64,000 nucleotides of DNA from Phoronis australis (taxonomy: Eukaryota > Animalia > Phoronida), in assembly GCA_002633005.1 (NCBI GenBank), contig NMRA01000639.1:77609-141608 (forward strand), written 5' to 3'. Made by a program: the position numbers and the translations under genes. Shown in pieces: positions 1 to 12,900 of this stretch. Under the pieces are notes generated by a model. The model saw only the letters and a list, made by a program, of their open reading frames with translations, was not told where the DNA came from and did no database searches. Each line of letters opens with the position of its first letter. The stretch's first letter is position 1.

Positions 1-3000
1 GACCCATTGTACAAAAACAACATCTAGAGATTTGAGTGCATAATGGGTTACTGAAAAGTTGTAAAACTGAGGAAATGTGTTTACAAAGGTTAACCAGTTG
101 TTCTCTATCGTTTGTTGATATCAGTTTAATTGATTTAAATTTTAGTATTTTAACTGAAACAGCACCACAATTTGCAGCTGTTTGATTAGGAAAGCATTTT
201 CTTTTTGTCAAACGTCTTATCTGGTGTTCAATAAGAAAAGTGTATGGCATTTTTTTATGTAAAACTACATTTGGTATTTCATTGTCAAACTGATAGTCTA
301 TAGCTTGTGTTACATGCAAATACCATTCAACCTTAGTTGGGAGTAGTGGGCTTATTATCAGAACAACCAGACTTCCTTTCCTTTCCACAGTTTAAGCTTT
401 GATCTAAGTACTGATGTCTTTGACTAAAGACATTCTGTGTGGGTTACTTGTTGAAATTTTGAGGATGTGGCTCACATCCCTGGCAGAATTTTTTCTAAAT
501 TTTTTATGAAATTTTGTCTTCTTTCTTGTGATTGGTTCTTGGAGCTTTAACTTAAGGATGCGGGCATAAATGATTTTTATGAGTTCATTCACGTGCTCTC
601 GGCATATTTTTAATGAAGGCATTTTTTCCTGTTGAATGCCTTATCAATATGAATGGGTTGGTTTAGTTTATTGAAATGATGTCTACAAAAGGGATGTTAT
701 CAAAATAGGATAATGCTTGAAGCGACATAATTTATTGTTTAGTTTTTTTGCACACCTGACAATTTACAGTCTCGTATTACCGGTAGTTGTGCTTTGGGCC
801 AATGAAGGAAGAACTTTTTGTTAGACAGCTTTCTGTAAATTGGTTCCCTTTTGTGTCCTCTTTCATAAATGGTAGGTGTACAGTTTATAATTTCTCAAGC
901 ACATGCTCGTATTAAATATAACTGCACCAGCACTCTCTGAAATCTCAACAGTTGAGAAAATTTCAATATTACACAGGAGTGCTATCCTGTCCTAAATTAT
1001 GGGATGTTTTTACTCGTTGAGCATAGAACAAAGTGTAAAATTCTCAATATTTAATTGTACTTTATGGTGTATTTATAAGTTTCATAGCTGCCAACTGTGC
1101 CAATTTTTGAAGCTCAGTGCCACCTCCAGCAACTTCATAAGAATATCCTACTTTTGACGTTCGGTATTCACGTACACGCGTTGTTGTGCCAAAGCTGCTT
1201 GGCTGTTTGTTTTTGCCCTTTCTATGCCATTTTAGAGGCACGACCAAAAATGCACTGCCACAGGCTTAGATTCGCTGGTGCAGATGCTTCATGTTTTCAA
1301 TGTCGGCAATTATTGCTATTAAATGTATAATTATGAGTGTTACTGTTTGCTATCACTATCATCATCATAATTAGCACGTGTGTGTCCACGTGTGACTCCA
1401 TTTCACCATATCTTGTGCTTCATTACAGAGACTGTGGTCTGTTTTGTGAAATGTGATTCTGGGCTTGCGTCAGACATTTCATGTATGACGTTGCACCCGT
1501 CAACTATTTCAGAAATGTAATTTAGTTTCACTTCTTCAGCAATGTACACACAGGGTAACAGCGGTACAAAAGACATTAATGTTATGCTAATGTATCTTTT
1601 AAGAATAAACGAGGAAATAAAATTTCATTGGTCGACCATGTTCTGTCCTAAATTGATGAGATTTTACCTACTGTCAAACTGAATCCATGCATAGGTGGAT
1701 TTAGGGAGGAGCGACCAAAAAGTCGTCTGCTGACCATTTTTACTGGGCTTACATGGACATTTTGTGTAAACATTTTCCTTTGAAAATTGTAGTTGCCCCC
1801 CCCCCAATACAACATCTTAGTGACTGCCAATGCCAGATGTTTGTAATGTTCGTGATCTGGCATAAAATCGGTTACTGGTAACCTGACCCTGTGCATTCAC
1901 GCGGGTCATCCTATGTCACGAATATTGAAGAACAATGTAAATTTTAGATCATCATGATTTGGGCATTTTTTATATGATCCTCAGTGCTCAATGAACAAAA
2001 GCAGTGACTTGGTAATGGTGTTTCATCATTCTTTATGTTGTGAAATGTGATCTCTTGTTGTTATTCTTTACGTGCCAAGATTTATCATAAAATCTTATCT
2101 GAATTTAGGACGCAATATGGTCGACAATGGTGAATTGATATTTTCACATTTTCCATGAAAGATTACTGTAGTACTCAATGCTTCTCGAGTTCTTTACCAT
2201 AGCAACCAGTAAATTGTGTCTTAAAAATTGTCGGCTTTTTCAACAATGTTTGAAGACGGTGCAAAATGAAAAAATGTCAATTTTGATTTCGTCCGAAATG
2301 AGAAAGATTTTTCCGTATATTGTATTATAGTTATCTGTTGGCTTGTCTCTCGAGATATCAAATAATAACTCGATATATGACTGCTAACCATATCATCTTG
2401 AAGGGATAGGGCTGGATTACAAAGCTCACAACCAACTGACATGATTGTGCAGGGGTAGTAATTTATTTCAGGAAATAACACAGCAAAGTTCCCTTTGAAA
2501 GAATTTTTTGTCATTATTTGGCATATTTTACTTATTGTATTTTGTCAACTTGTATACATCTGTAAAAATGAAATTAATAAAAATTATTGAATACCACTTC
2601 CTCAACCCTGAAGCGTGATGCAGTTCTGACTAGATCAACCAGTCCAAGCAAAATGCGTTCTATTGCTTTTCTGTCCTGATGTCTGCACCCATTCAATCCC
2701 AGACCTATTGGGCAAATAGTGGCTGTTGACTGCAACAATGATGGTTGAAACGTGTAATAAAACAAGTACAGCTGCAGTTCAGCTAGTCAGACACGCAATG
2801 TTTGTATCGTGGAATTTGCTGACTGTTTGCAGTTCCCGTTGGAAGATTTTTTGAATTGCTTTATTAAAATTTTCGCCAAGTTGGCCAAAATGCCTTAAAG
2901 AGATGGTGTTGCCTCCTCCTGAAGTACAATGTATATTATTCATGGGAGGATATATGTACCTTCCTTTGACCTTTTTGCGGATAGCGAAAATCCATGCGTG

Positions 3001-3862
3001 TGCATCCCAGAGCTCAGATTTCTGAGACACGCATCTGCCTGATCCAGAATACAGAAAAAGTTTACCAGGCGATTGTTTGCTTGGTAAGCCGACAGTTGAT
3101 TTTCGATAAATATTGCTTGTTAACTCCTACCTATCATAAAATGAACATCTGGCCACTTGAAATACTAAGAAAATGAAGTGATGTTTTGACATATCGTACC
3201 TACCCTCTCTGGTGGCCTTGCGCAGGATGACCGCTATCCCACAATCCTTTGTGAATATGATGTCTTTCCCTGTTCATAAAATAGACAATTGTATTATTTT
3301 TCATATTTATGGTGCGCTTTTGATTTTGTGAACAATATTTGTGAAAACACAAAGAACCAAATTAGTTTACATTTACTTCCTTCTATAACTGTTAAAAATT
3401 TGTGTGCATGGTGTAAAGAATATTTAAAGGGGCGTCTCGGCGTTTTTTGACCTGCCACCTTCAGAATGACAATGGTGTTATTTGTGAAGGATTAGAAATT
3501 AGAGCTTAATTGAAGCATTGTTTTTCTAAATGACTTTTGATTGTTTGCCATGAAAGTTCTTCAACTTGGGAGAAAAATAATTGCCCAAACATTCGTTTTT
3601 CCCTATGTCGCATAACACGGACTTTATCCGGTTTCTCTGAACACTGATGGAGCATCATGAAAGCTCCATCGTAGCTGCAGACAGAGTAGGCAGCTGAAGT
3701 CTGCGTGATGCGGAAATTTCACTAAACACAAGTTTATTTCAAGAAACTAATTTATTTCTGTATCTATTCACAAGAATGATTAATGAAGATATCCAGCTAT
3801 GGCGAGAGTATCTTTAATTCGGCTTCTGCCGCATTCCACATGGTTGTTCTATTGTGTTGCAG

Positions 3863-3993
3863 AACACCGTTCCAAGTCTCATGGTCGTAGCGAGAGACAG
3901 CTGTGGGCGGTCGTTGCTGTCTGTCTCTTAATCATCATCGCTCTCGTCATCGTCATCATTGTGACGCACATCAGGGTGGACAGAGTCTACAAG
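3863..3993 (+). CDS. M13 peptidase exon: cytoplasmic tail and signal anchor
   Basis: ttgcag| [43 protein letters not shown] |gtaatt; phase-0 end fits the next exon. Confidence 0.85.
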
Positions 3994-6900
3994 GTAATTC
4001 CGTTGATAACTGTGACACAGGAACATGTTTAAAATTTTTTTAAATTTTCTTCTGCCCTCAGTCATGTTTTTAAGGTGCTATGAAATGATGTTCTTCCGAA
4101 AGTTGCTCGATTTAGTTAACCTACCATTATGAAACATGTTACGATAAAATTTCATAAATTTTGGCCAAAAAGATTGTCAAAACTGCTTCTTTCATCATTT
4201 TTTCAAGGGATTCTAACATTATTATGAATGTCCACTATTTTTCAGAATATTGTCTGGTGGTAACTGTAGTGCAGAACTAGTTGAACACGGAAAAGCTAAA
4301 TATGGTGGTACATCTTTTATGGAAAAATTGAGAAATAAAATCTCATTTGTTTGCCATATTTTGTCCTAAATTGGTCAGATTTTACCGTACACGTGATTTC
4401 TGGGCTTAAGGAGAAATAACATTTTATTAATCTTTCAGACCAGGCTGAAAAATTTGGCTTGTCCCATTAGTTTATTAATCTTTCGGACCAGGCTAAAAAA
4501 ATTGGCTTGTACCAAATTGTTCATTCCTTGCACTGTGACTGGTCTCTAGCAATTATGATCTGCCAGTCAGAAATTCTATCCCTACTAACAAACAAGCCGA
4601 GAAAAATTTTAAATTCTAGTAAATTGCCTAGATCAAAACCAACTTTTTTACAGAAGCCGGGTTCATAGCCATTGGAGATATTTCTTAAAAGGCGTGTGCT
4701 GATAATGTGTTACCAGTGAAACTCTGATAAAGGAGTGTAAGCCCCCTGGGCTTGATTGACATGTGAGGCAGAATGAATTGAAGGCAGGCTTGCATGCTGG
4801 CTATTCACTTAGTATTTTACATAACCTTCAAAAGTTGCATGAATGAAAAACAATTTAGACAACTGTGACAGGCAATCTGAATGCTTTAAACTAAATGCCG
4901 AAGCTCACTATGTTGTATACAATACTAGTTAGACGTCGGGATTTGTGCATACTTTCTGGGGCCCAAAATTAGAACTCCAAAATTCAGGTTAAAACAATTA
5001 AGTAGCCATGGTTTCACATGTCAAAATACCACCTCCTTCATCCTGGTACAAAAAAAACCCGCTTAAGTGTTGATATTACTGGTACTTTCGTTACTTGTCA
5101 GAATTCAAATATTGTCGTAGGATGAGAGCTACATTCAAACAATTCCTACATCTTGGATTAAACTGTCCTCTTTTGTGGAAGTAGGAAAACACTTTGAATG
5201 GTTGACCTACTTTTCTAAAGGTAGGGCTGCCGACAATTTATATACAGAACAGTGCGTTGCATCAGGGTTTCAATTTTTTTGTTGTCTGTCTTGCAGACAT
5301 GGTCAAACTTTATTCGCATCAGAATGGGGAAAACTAATCTAAATACGAAATAATGACTAACTTGGCACCAGTGGACAAAAGTGTGGCAATTGCTCTGCTG
5401 ATGCGTTGTATTGTGGCGCAACCACAGAGGGTGCTGCGGTCTCCCAGGATATGACTATTGAAATACATTGGGTGTTCCAAGATAAAAGTCACACCAATTG
5501 TGAACCTGGGACGTACATGGATATTTTTGTTTTTAAGTAAGGCATCTGCTTTCAGCAATGTCAAACTCCGACTTGCATCAAGGCAGCAGGGGAGATACTA
5601 GCGAGGATGGATCTGTCTGCTCCTCCATGTGATGACTTCTATACTTACGCGTGTGGGGGTTGGGAGAAGAATGCGCTACCGCCACCAGACAAACCTAAAT
5701 GGAATGCCTTCTCAGAGGTTTACCAGGAAAACATTGCAGTGCTTAACAAGGTAACAAAACTGCCATTGTTGTGCATTTTGTGTGCATTTATTTGGTTAAG
5801 GCGTTCTCTGAAAAAGCCAGCAGTTTATGGTAGTATGTATAAAGTGTATGTGTGTGTAATGTACAAGTTTTTTTTTGAGTGACATTTCTTTCCTGTACTG
5901 AGACATTGGTTGCGTATAAGTGAAACTGCTGTTAGTAACAATCACACTCAACTGTTGCATGACAATTAGACCTTACGTAAGGAATTTAATCCAAAAAGTA
6001 GGTTTTGGTTGCTATGAAAATACTTCCAATGTAGCAGCCATTATCTGGTCAATCTACCACCATCAGTAGTGTATAAAATTTTCTCTAGTTATGTAACACA
6101 GCCCTGACATTCAGAACTCATCCTCTTATTCACATCTATTGAAATTAAATAAATTGCTAGACATATTTATTTGACCTAGTCGCATTTGATTAGGCTCTAG
6201 CGATATTTGTCTTACCATTCATTGGTCAATTATACCACGGTTCCTCCATTGAAGTTTGAGCAGCTGTTACATTCCTGTAAGTTGAATAATTATCTTTGTG
6301 AATAAAATCCATTGTTTCATATTCTTAATTGCTTATCTGTCCTGTGCATCACCAGCTGATCAACAGGTTGTCACCTCCGTGTCCGTACAAGGGGAAGAAG
6401 TCGACGGCCATTTGTAAGGCCAGGGACTACTACTTGGCGTGTCAGAATGTTTCAGCCATTGAGCACCGCGGCAACGCTCCTGTACTGAAGGTATTGTCAG
6501 CAAATGAAGCTCAGAATTCACAACAGCAACATGGTGGTCGACTTGGTTGTATTTTGGGACAGTTGTTTCAGTCCAATGTATTTCAAAATTGCAGTAATTT
6601 TGCGAGATATTTTTAAGTGGAATTAATTTCATTAATATCAATGTCTCCATACAACTCAAAATAATATTGTCCTCCCTGTCGGCAGGCCTTGAAATTGTCC
6701 TTGTCGTACTACACACACAAACAACATTGAAAGCAACCAAAATGCACCGGCCTACGGTAGTGCTCCACTTATGACACACAAAAATAATTGCCAAAACTGT
6801 CATATGTCCAAGCTTCAAAGGCCAGTTACTTTTGCTACAAATAATGGAAACTGTACCAAATGTAACACAAAAAATACAGGCTTTTCAAACATATTTCAAG

Positions 6901-9900
6901 ATTTCAAACATGGCTCAGAGCTTTTCAGACTTGACGCAATGTTTCCAAACATGGTGAAAATATTTCAAATGCAGTGGAGGACCATCTTTGAATCCATGTA
7001 GGGAGAACAGTGAAATTATCACAACTAAAAATAACAGTGGAATAAGTTCTGGGATTATTTTGTCTACATTGCACTCTAACTGCCACCAAGACACTGTTGT
7101 ACTTCTCAATTGGATCCTGAATTTTCACTTTTCAAAAGAAAATTATACATCGTCATAGCTCAATTTTTTTCACAATAAACTTTTGATTTTTTTTCAGATC
7201 TTGAATTTCTTTTAACAAAGTATAAATGAAAACAAAGCAAATCTTGTCATTGAAGTATATAGGTGTCAACATAACGGTCAAAGTAGCTTTCAGCTTGCGG
7301 TTGTGCTCAGGCAAGCTCACTTTTATCAAATAATCATATGTAATTTTGTTCCGTATTGACTCTGCAATTGTTGATAGTCATATGTAATATTAATATATTG
7401 AACAGCTGTCGAAGGATTGTCAATAAGTGCTCGGCCAGTTATTCACAGAGGTTTAGTTACATTTAACAAGCTTTCATAAGCAGTTTTTTTGGGTTATTTA
7501 ACAGGGCAGCCGATGTTTTGGAGATTATCTTAAACAACACAATGGTTTGACATATTTCAAGTGTGTGCTAGCTGGTGTTTCTGGGTACCTAATTAATTGT
7601 GCATGCATAATTCCCGGCATCGCATACTTGTACTTGATTCTCATCTATCGTGTCTGCTTATTGGCCGACTGCTGTCACATGGTATGAACTACCAACCAGC
7701 TGCATGAAAATGATGCGCGCCATTTGGTAGTTACATGCATAATTAGTCAAAGTCAGCGTAATGACAATTTTCAATGAATCATCTGTATAACGGGCTGATA
7801 ATGTAAAGTTAAGACCAAAGCTTCAATTTTCCCAATTGAAATTTAATGTAAAATGTCAGTAGAAAATGTGAAGTGATCAAACTTCGTGTGGTTTTCTATT
7901 ATGTGTGCATTCGTGTTACATATATTTCATTTGCATAGTTCTCACTCTGTTGACTGTCTATTGAATCTGCAAGTTTTCCTTCCTATGAGTGTCAGTAAAT
8001 GTGACATTCGTATTTGAAAACTGCTCAATTTTCTAATTAGTGTTTTCATAACACTTGATATTATCTGCAACATTAAGACTTGATTTTCTGAATTAATTAA
8101 ACAGTTGATCATTCAGTGCCCTGTGTAATACAATGCCGTATTCAGCACTACCTTAAAAAAACTCAACTTTGGCCATTAAGGAAGCTTCCTATATTAATAC
8201 AGGGTCCCCAGCCGAAAACAACCATGGGATGGAGCCCCTTTGTTACATAGAGTTTATATAGGGGCGCCCGCCCGAATATGACCCAAGAACGGGGCTTATC
8301 TTTATTGATATAGATAGTCGCACTCTTTATCCACCAAACCAGAAATCCATCTTATTTGAATGTAAGCAGATTTTGAGTCCTTGTTTATTTGCAGGTTCAT
8401 AGCAACCTTAACTGGTCTTTTTTGTTTCAGTTCATCAAAGATCTCTACTCATGGACCTTGACGGATAACCCAGATTCTGGCCATTGGAATGAGAAAACGT
8501 GGAACTTTATTGATGTGTTGGTGAAGATGAACAGTTATGGTGTTTATCCACTATTCCAAGTTGCAATTACCACTGATGACAAAAACAGCTCTCAGAGCAT
8601 TTTGTTTGTAAGTCCTCTTCCCAGTGTCATTGCATTGTAACCATTTAAAGCCTAACTTCAACAGAATTTATTATTTTAGATGTATTGGGCTAAGCAGGTA
8701 GTCCTAGAAAAGCCTTAGTAAAATAAGAAAACGCAAATGTAAGCCCGGCAAATGATTGGTGAAGCTGCCTTTTCATGCCATGTTGTGTCACCGCGAGATC
8801 TTGGCACAAAAACAAAAGGGCAATAACAGTTGTATTGAATAGGGGTCTGAGTAGAACACCATTGTGTGATAGACTTTAAAGCAGCCATAAACCAATTTTC
8901 CATAAAAATGGCTTTTAGTTTAAGCTATGCGACATCATGAAATTGGTTTCCAATAGATCACTTGTGGGTTTCCAAAGTGATCAGAAAAGTGGGACCAAAA
9001 TGGTCGTGTTGTTTCAAAGCATCGCTCAAGGTCTATAGCTCTGTATGCGGAAAACCAACATGGTGTCTTTCGAGCCTGTGATAAATTCCCAGTGCGCAGG
9101 TTAGCACCATGGTGAAGTGGGTCAAAAATCCACCTCCTTGCTAAAGATCTCTTGTTATTTAGTCAAAAGAAGTGTGATTCCTGGGCATGAAAGACCTAAC
9201 AGTTCGTTACTGCTCGAGACCAGGCTCTTCAAGTTCACTGGTCACGGCGCGTTGTTGTATATGCCAGGTATGGTCTCAAAGAATTAAGAAATGTCACTTC
9301 TTGGTTATAAAACCAATTAAATCGCAGTAATCTGAGTAAGGAACAAGTTGATGCCAATTTCATCGATCAAAAGTTGATTTCTTTGAAATAATGCATGTTT
9401 ATGGCCGCTTTAATTAAACACGGATCCGTATTACATAACGGAAGTCAAGAATCGTGATCAGTAAGTTGTCACTGTTGAGACTTGCTGCCAGAAAACTTGA
9501 CCAATGCTGTGAAATGAGTAAGTATTGTGGCTGTTTATGCACTGTCGTCCAATCAGATCAGTGGTGACCATTTTGCTAGTTATGCCAATAAGGTCACAAG
9601 CTTAAGGTAGTTCTCTTATGTAGCAAGCATTATGGCTGACAAGTGAAATTCTATTTTGAAGATGAAGGAAGTTATAGTCTATTGCTAAGCATGGTTTGTA
9701 TTGTGTACGATGTCATGCAAATAATTTTTGGTAAATTTTCAAATTATTTGTTATAATCAGCCTTTTAAAAATGGATGTATTGCAATTTTGACTTTTATTT
9801 TTTTGTGTGAAATAAGAGGTTAGGAGAAGTACCATACTACAGCAAACTCCTTATGAGGTCTGTCATAGTACTTGCTCAGTTTTAGATGATCTGGTCAAAC

Positions 9901-12900
9901 TCAAAAGATACTAGCGTTATTAGATGCACCCTCAGTAATCTGTAGTTATTCAAGGTCAACTGGTTACCTTCGTTTTAAATAGTTTTGCATAATGTGATCA
10001 AAGTTTTTCAACCTACGACATATGCCAGGAAAGTGGAATTTTTGCCAAATTTCTCAACAAGTTTTCGTGTGATTAGCGTTATAACTATTGCACGTCTGCC
10101 ACTAAACAACACAGGACAAGCTTGTCAGAATTTGTTGCGATGTTGTTAACTTTGGAAAAGCTTGAAGATTTTTTGCCGTAACAAATCTTGATGAAATAAC
10201 CGCTGGTACCTATGTGTGCGTTATTTAGTGACGTTATTTCCTTTCCAGATGGAACAGAATGGTCTGACCTTGGGTGATACGCGGGAGTACAATAATTCAA
10301 ACTCTGAGAAGTACCACACAGCTTTCGTTGGCTTTCTCACCAGGCTGGCCACGTTGCTAGGGGCAACAAATGTCACAGATGTCATTCAGAAGGCCGAGCA
10401 GATTTGGGACTTTGAGAAGAAACTGGCGTCTGTACGCACGTTTGATTTTTTCATATTGGAGTTTACTGCAGACAGGCTCATTTTTGGATATGCTCAGCGA
10501 GCGGGTTTAAGAAAAGATTTACTGCATTTATGCCCAGCGTGTACATTTGGGAAAAGTGTGGTTGAATCCTAAAACTTTACACAATTTCATAAGAAATGGA
10601 CATTAAAACTGAAACTAAAGTACATTTTCAGCCATGAACTCCTACCTATGAGGGTATTAACTATCTTGGTCTCTAATTACATGCTGCTTACAGTATAAAT
10701 ATACCTGAGCTGATAATTTCCGAATGCATGTCTGGGTTTTCCTACACAATAGCAATCTACCAGCATATAACAATTACGTAATGTTTTTATCTGATATGGA
10801 GCCTCACAATTCATTTGCCACTGGTGGAATACACAGTTATGGTGAGAAATTTCAAAACCAATAGAAGAAAACGTGGTTACTTAAAGTAGCTATGTACTCG
10901 CATTCTGTCCAGAAAGCAAACTTTTGATTTATTTTGCTATAAAATTGGTTTCAATTTGTCCCTTTCTCGGATGAGAAATGATTTTTTTAGTTTGGAAAGA
11001 ACTGCCAGATTAGTATTGCTGGAAATCATGCATGGTGCAAAGAATGACATGCGGTGACAGGCCTACTTGCAGAGACTTGTCTATCAAAGCCCTGATATGA
11101 CCTCAAATTTAATTAAAGAAGCGGTAGAGATGGAAATTTAAATGAAAAGTTAGCTTTTGTCATGGAAGTTGGGTTTACAGCTGCGTTGAATGTGAAATTT
11201 CTTAAAATTAGTTTAGCTGAACGCAAACGACAACCTGAACAATGGAATTAAGAGGAGTGACTTTACACTAATAATTCATTCATACTGTTTTGTGTTCTTT
11301 AAACCACTTTAAATTTTGATACCCTGAGTGTAGAAGTTCCAAAATCTGTATTATCTTATTTGAATTAATGTTTATGACATTATGTTTTGTCTTCATTCAG
11401 CGAGTTCTTGTTTCCTTCAGATATTTGTTCCCAAAGCTAAACTTCAAGACGCTGTGGCCACATATCATAAAATGACTGTCGCTGATGTGACGAAGTTGAT
11501 GAACAGCACAGTAAGTTTAGTACACATGGCACCCATCGGTCGCATCATGTGATCCACAATCATTTCAATTTGGATGAGTGCTATCCCAACTGGGGTGCGA
11601 TCCTGGGACTTTCTGCATTCCGTATGGATGCTGTATGTCTACTGACCGCGTGTTGATCACAGAAATCCAAATAGACTCCTGGCCAAAAGCGTGGACCTCA
11701 CATATTTTCAGACTTGAAATGATTAAAGGTCTTGTGATCTGACCAACATATGGCATTTAACAAGATTAATAGTGTTTTATGCTCCAATATTGATGTGATG
11801 ATTTAGTACAGCGTATTATGAATGTTGTAAAATTTCTTTTATTCGTTTATGAATAGGGGTTTCCAGAGGGAGGGAATATGGGCTTCCAGTTTGCTTTGCA
11901 TTGCTGTATTGAAAGAATCTAAAATGCCTCCTATGTTTGCTCTTGTGATGATGCGCGCTGGGACTCTTCTAGGATTTTAAGATAAGTGTGGGTCCAAATA
12001 TGCAACGGGTAATCTCTTACGGCCAGGGTGTAAATGGGAAATGGAGTTCAACTTCGGATACAGTTTAGACTGGAAGAAAATAATTATGTTCATTACAAAG
12101 GACCCCAACATCAGGTGGTTCCAGTTTAGACTTATGCACAGGATTGCTGCGTCAAATACCTCATTAGTCAAAATCTAGTTTGTGACTCCAATTTATGTTC
12201 CTTTTGTGATAAAGTTTCAGAAAAATGTACCTTTTCTGGGAATGCAGTTACATACTAGGGAATTTTTGGAAGGAGATCAAAAGACTACTTCAAAATTGCC
12301 ACATCCAAAATTCCGTATTATTTTTTCTCACAATTTACTAGTTGTTATCCGTGGACTTTACGAGACTCAAGATTTTCTATTTAATATTTTATTATGGTGT
12401 TACCAGCAAAGTTATATACAGGGAGAGATGTTACAAAAAGGTACTTTATTCACAACTTCATGGTGTTCACTAATACTATGCTGCAAAAATGTAACAACTT
12501 TGAGTTGGACAACTTTTCTGGAAAATGGGAAAATTTTAGAAAACATATAAATTCAATGTAACACAGGTCCTTCTCATAACACGTGGATGTGGGTGTTTTT
12601 TTTGGAATTGTCTGTTTATAGTATAATAAAATTTTGAAAAGTGTTGATTAAGCTTGGTACATTCTAACACTGAGTTGTCAAGTGACAATGGTATGATTGT
12701 CTGAACTATACGCTGCGAAACACAAAATTCTTTTGATTGAGGTCTTTCTTAAAAACAAAACACTATGAAGAGTTGTATTCTGTTTCTTTAAATGTTGACC
12801 CGTAGCTTTTAAAATCGACTTTGATTTCAGATAAACATAAAGAAGTATTTTGATAAAGTATTCCACACCAGCATTCCACCAACAGAGGACTTGTTAGTGC

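Noticed and set aside
404-3176. Short ORFs upstream of the peptidase TM exon
   Set aside because: No recognisable motifs or consistent splice pattern; probably intron of the peptidase gene, whose start exon I could not identify.
11575-11660. tRNA-like sequence on the - strand
   Set aside because: Boxes too degenerate to support a call; at most an old SINE fragment.
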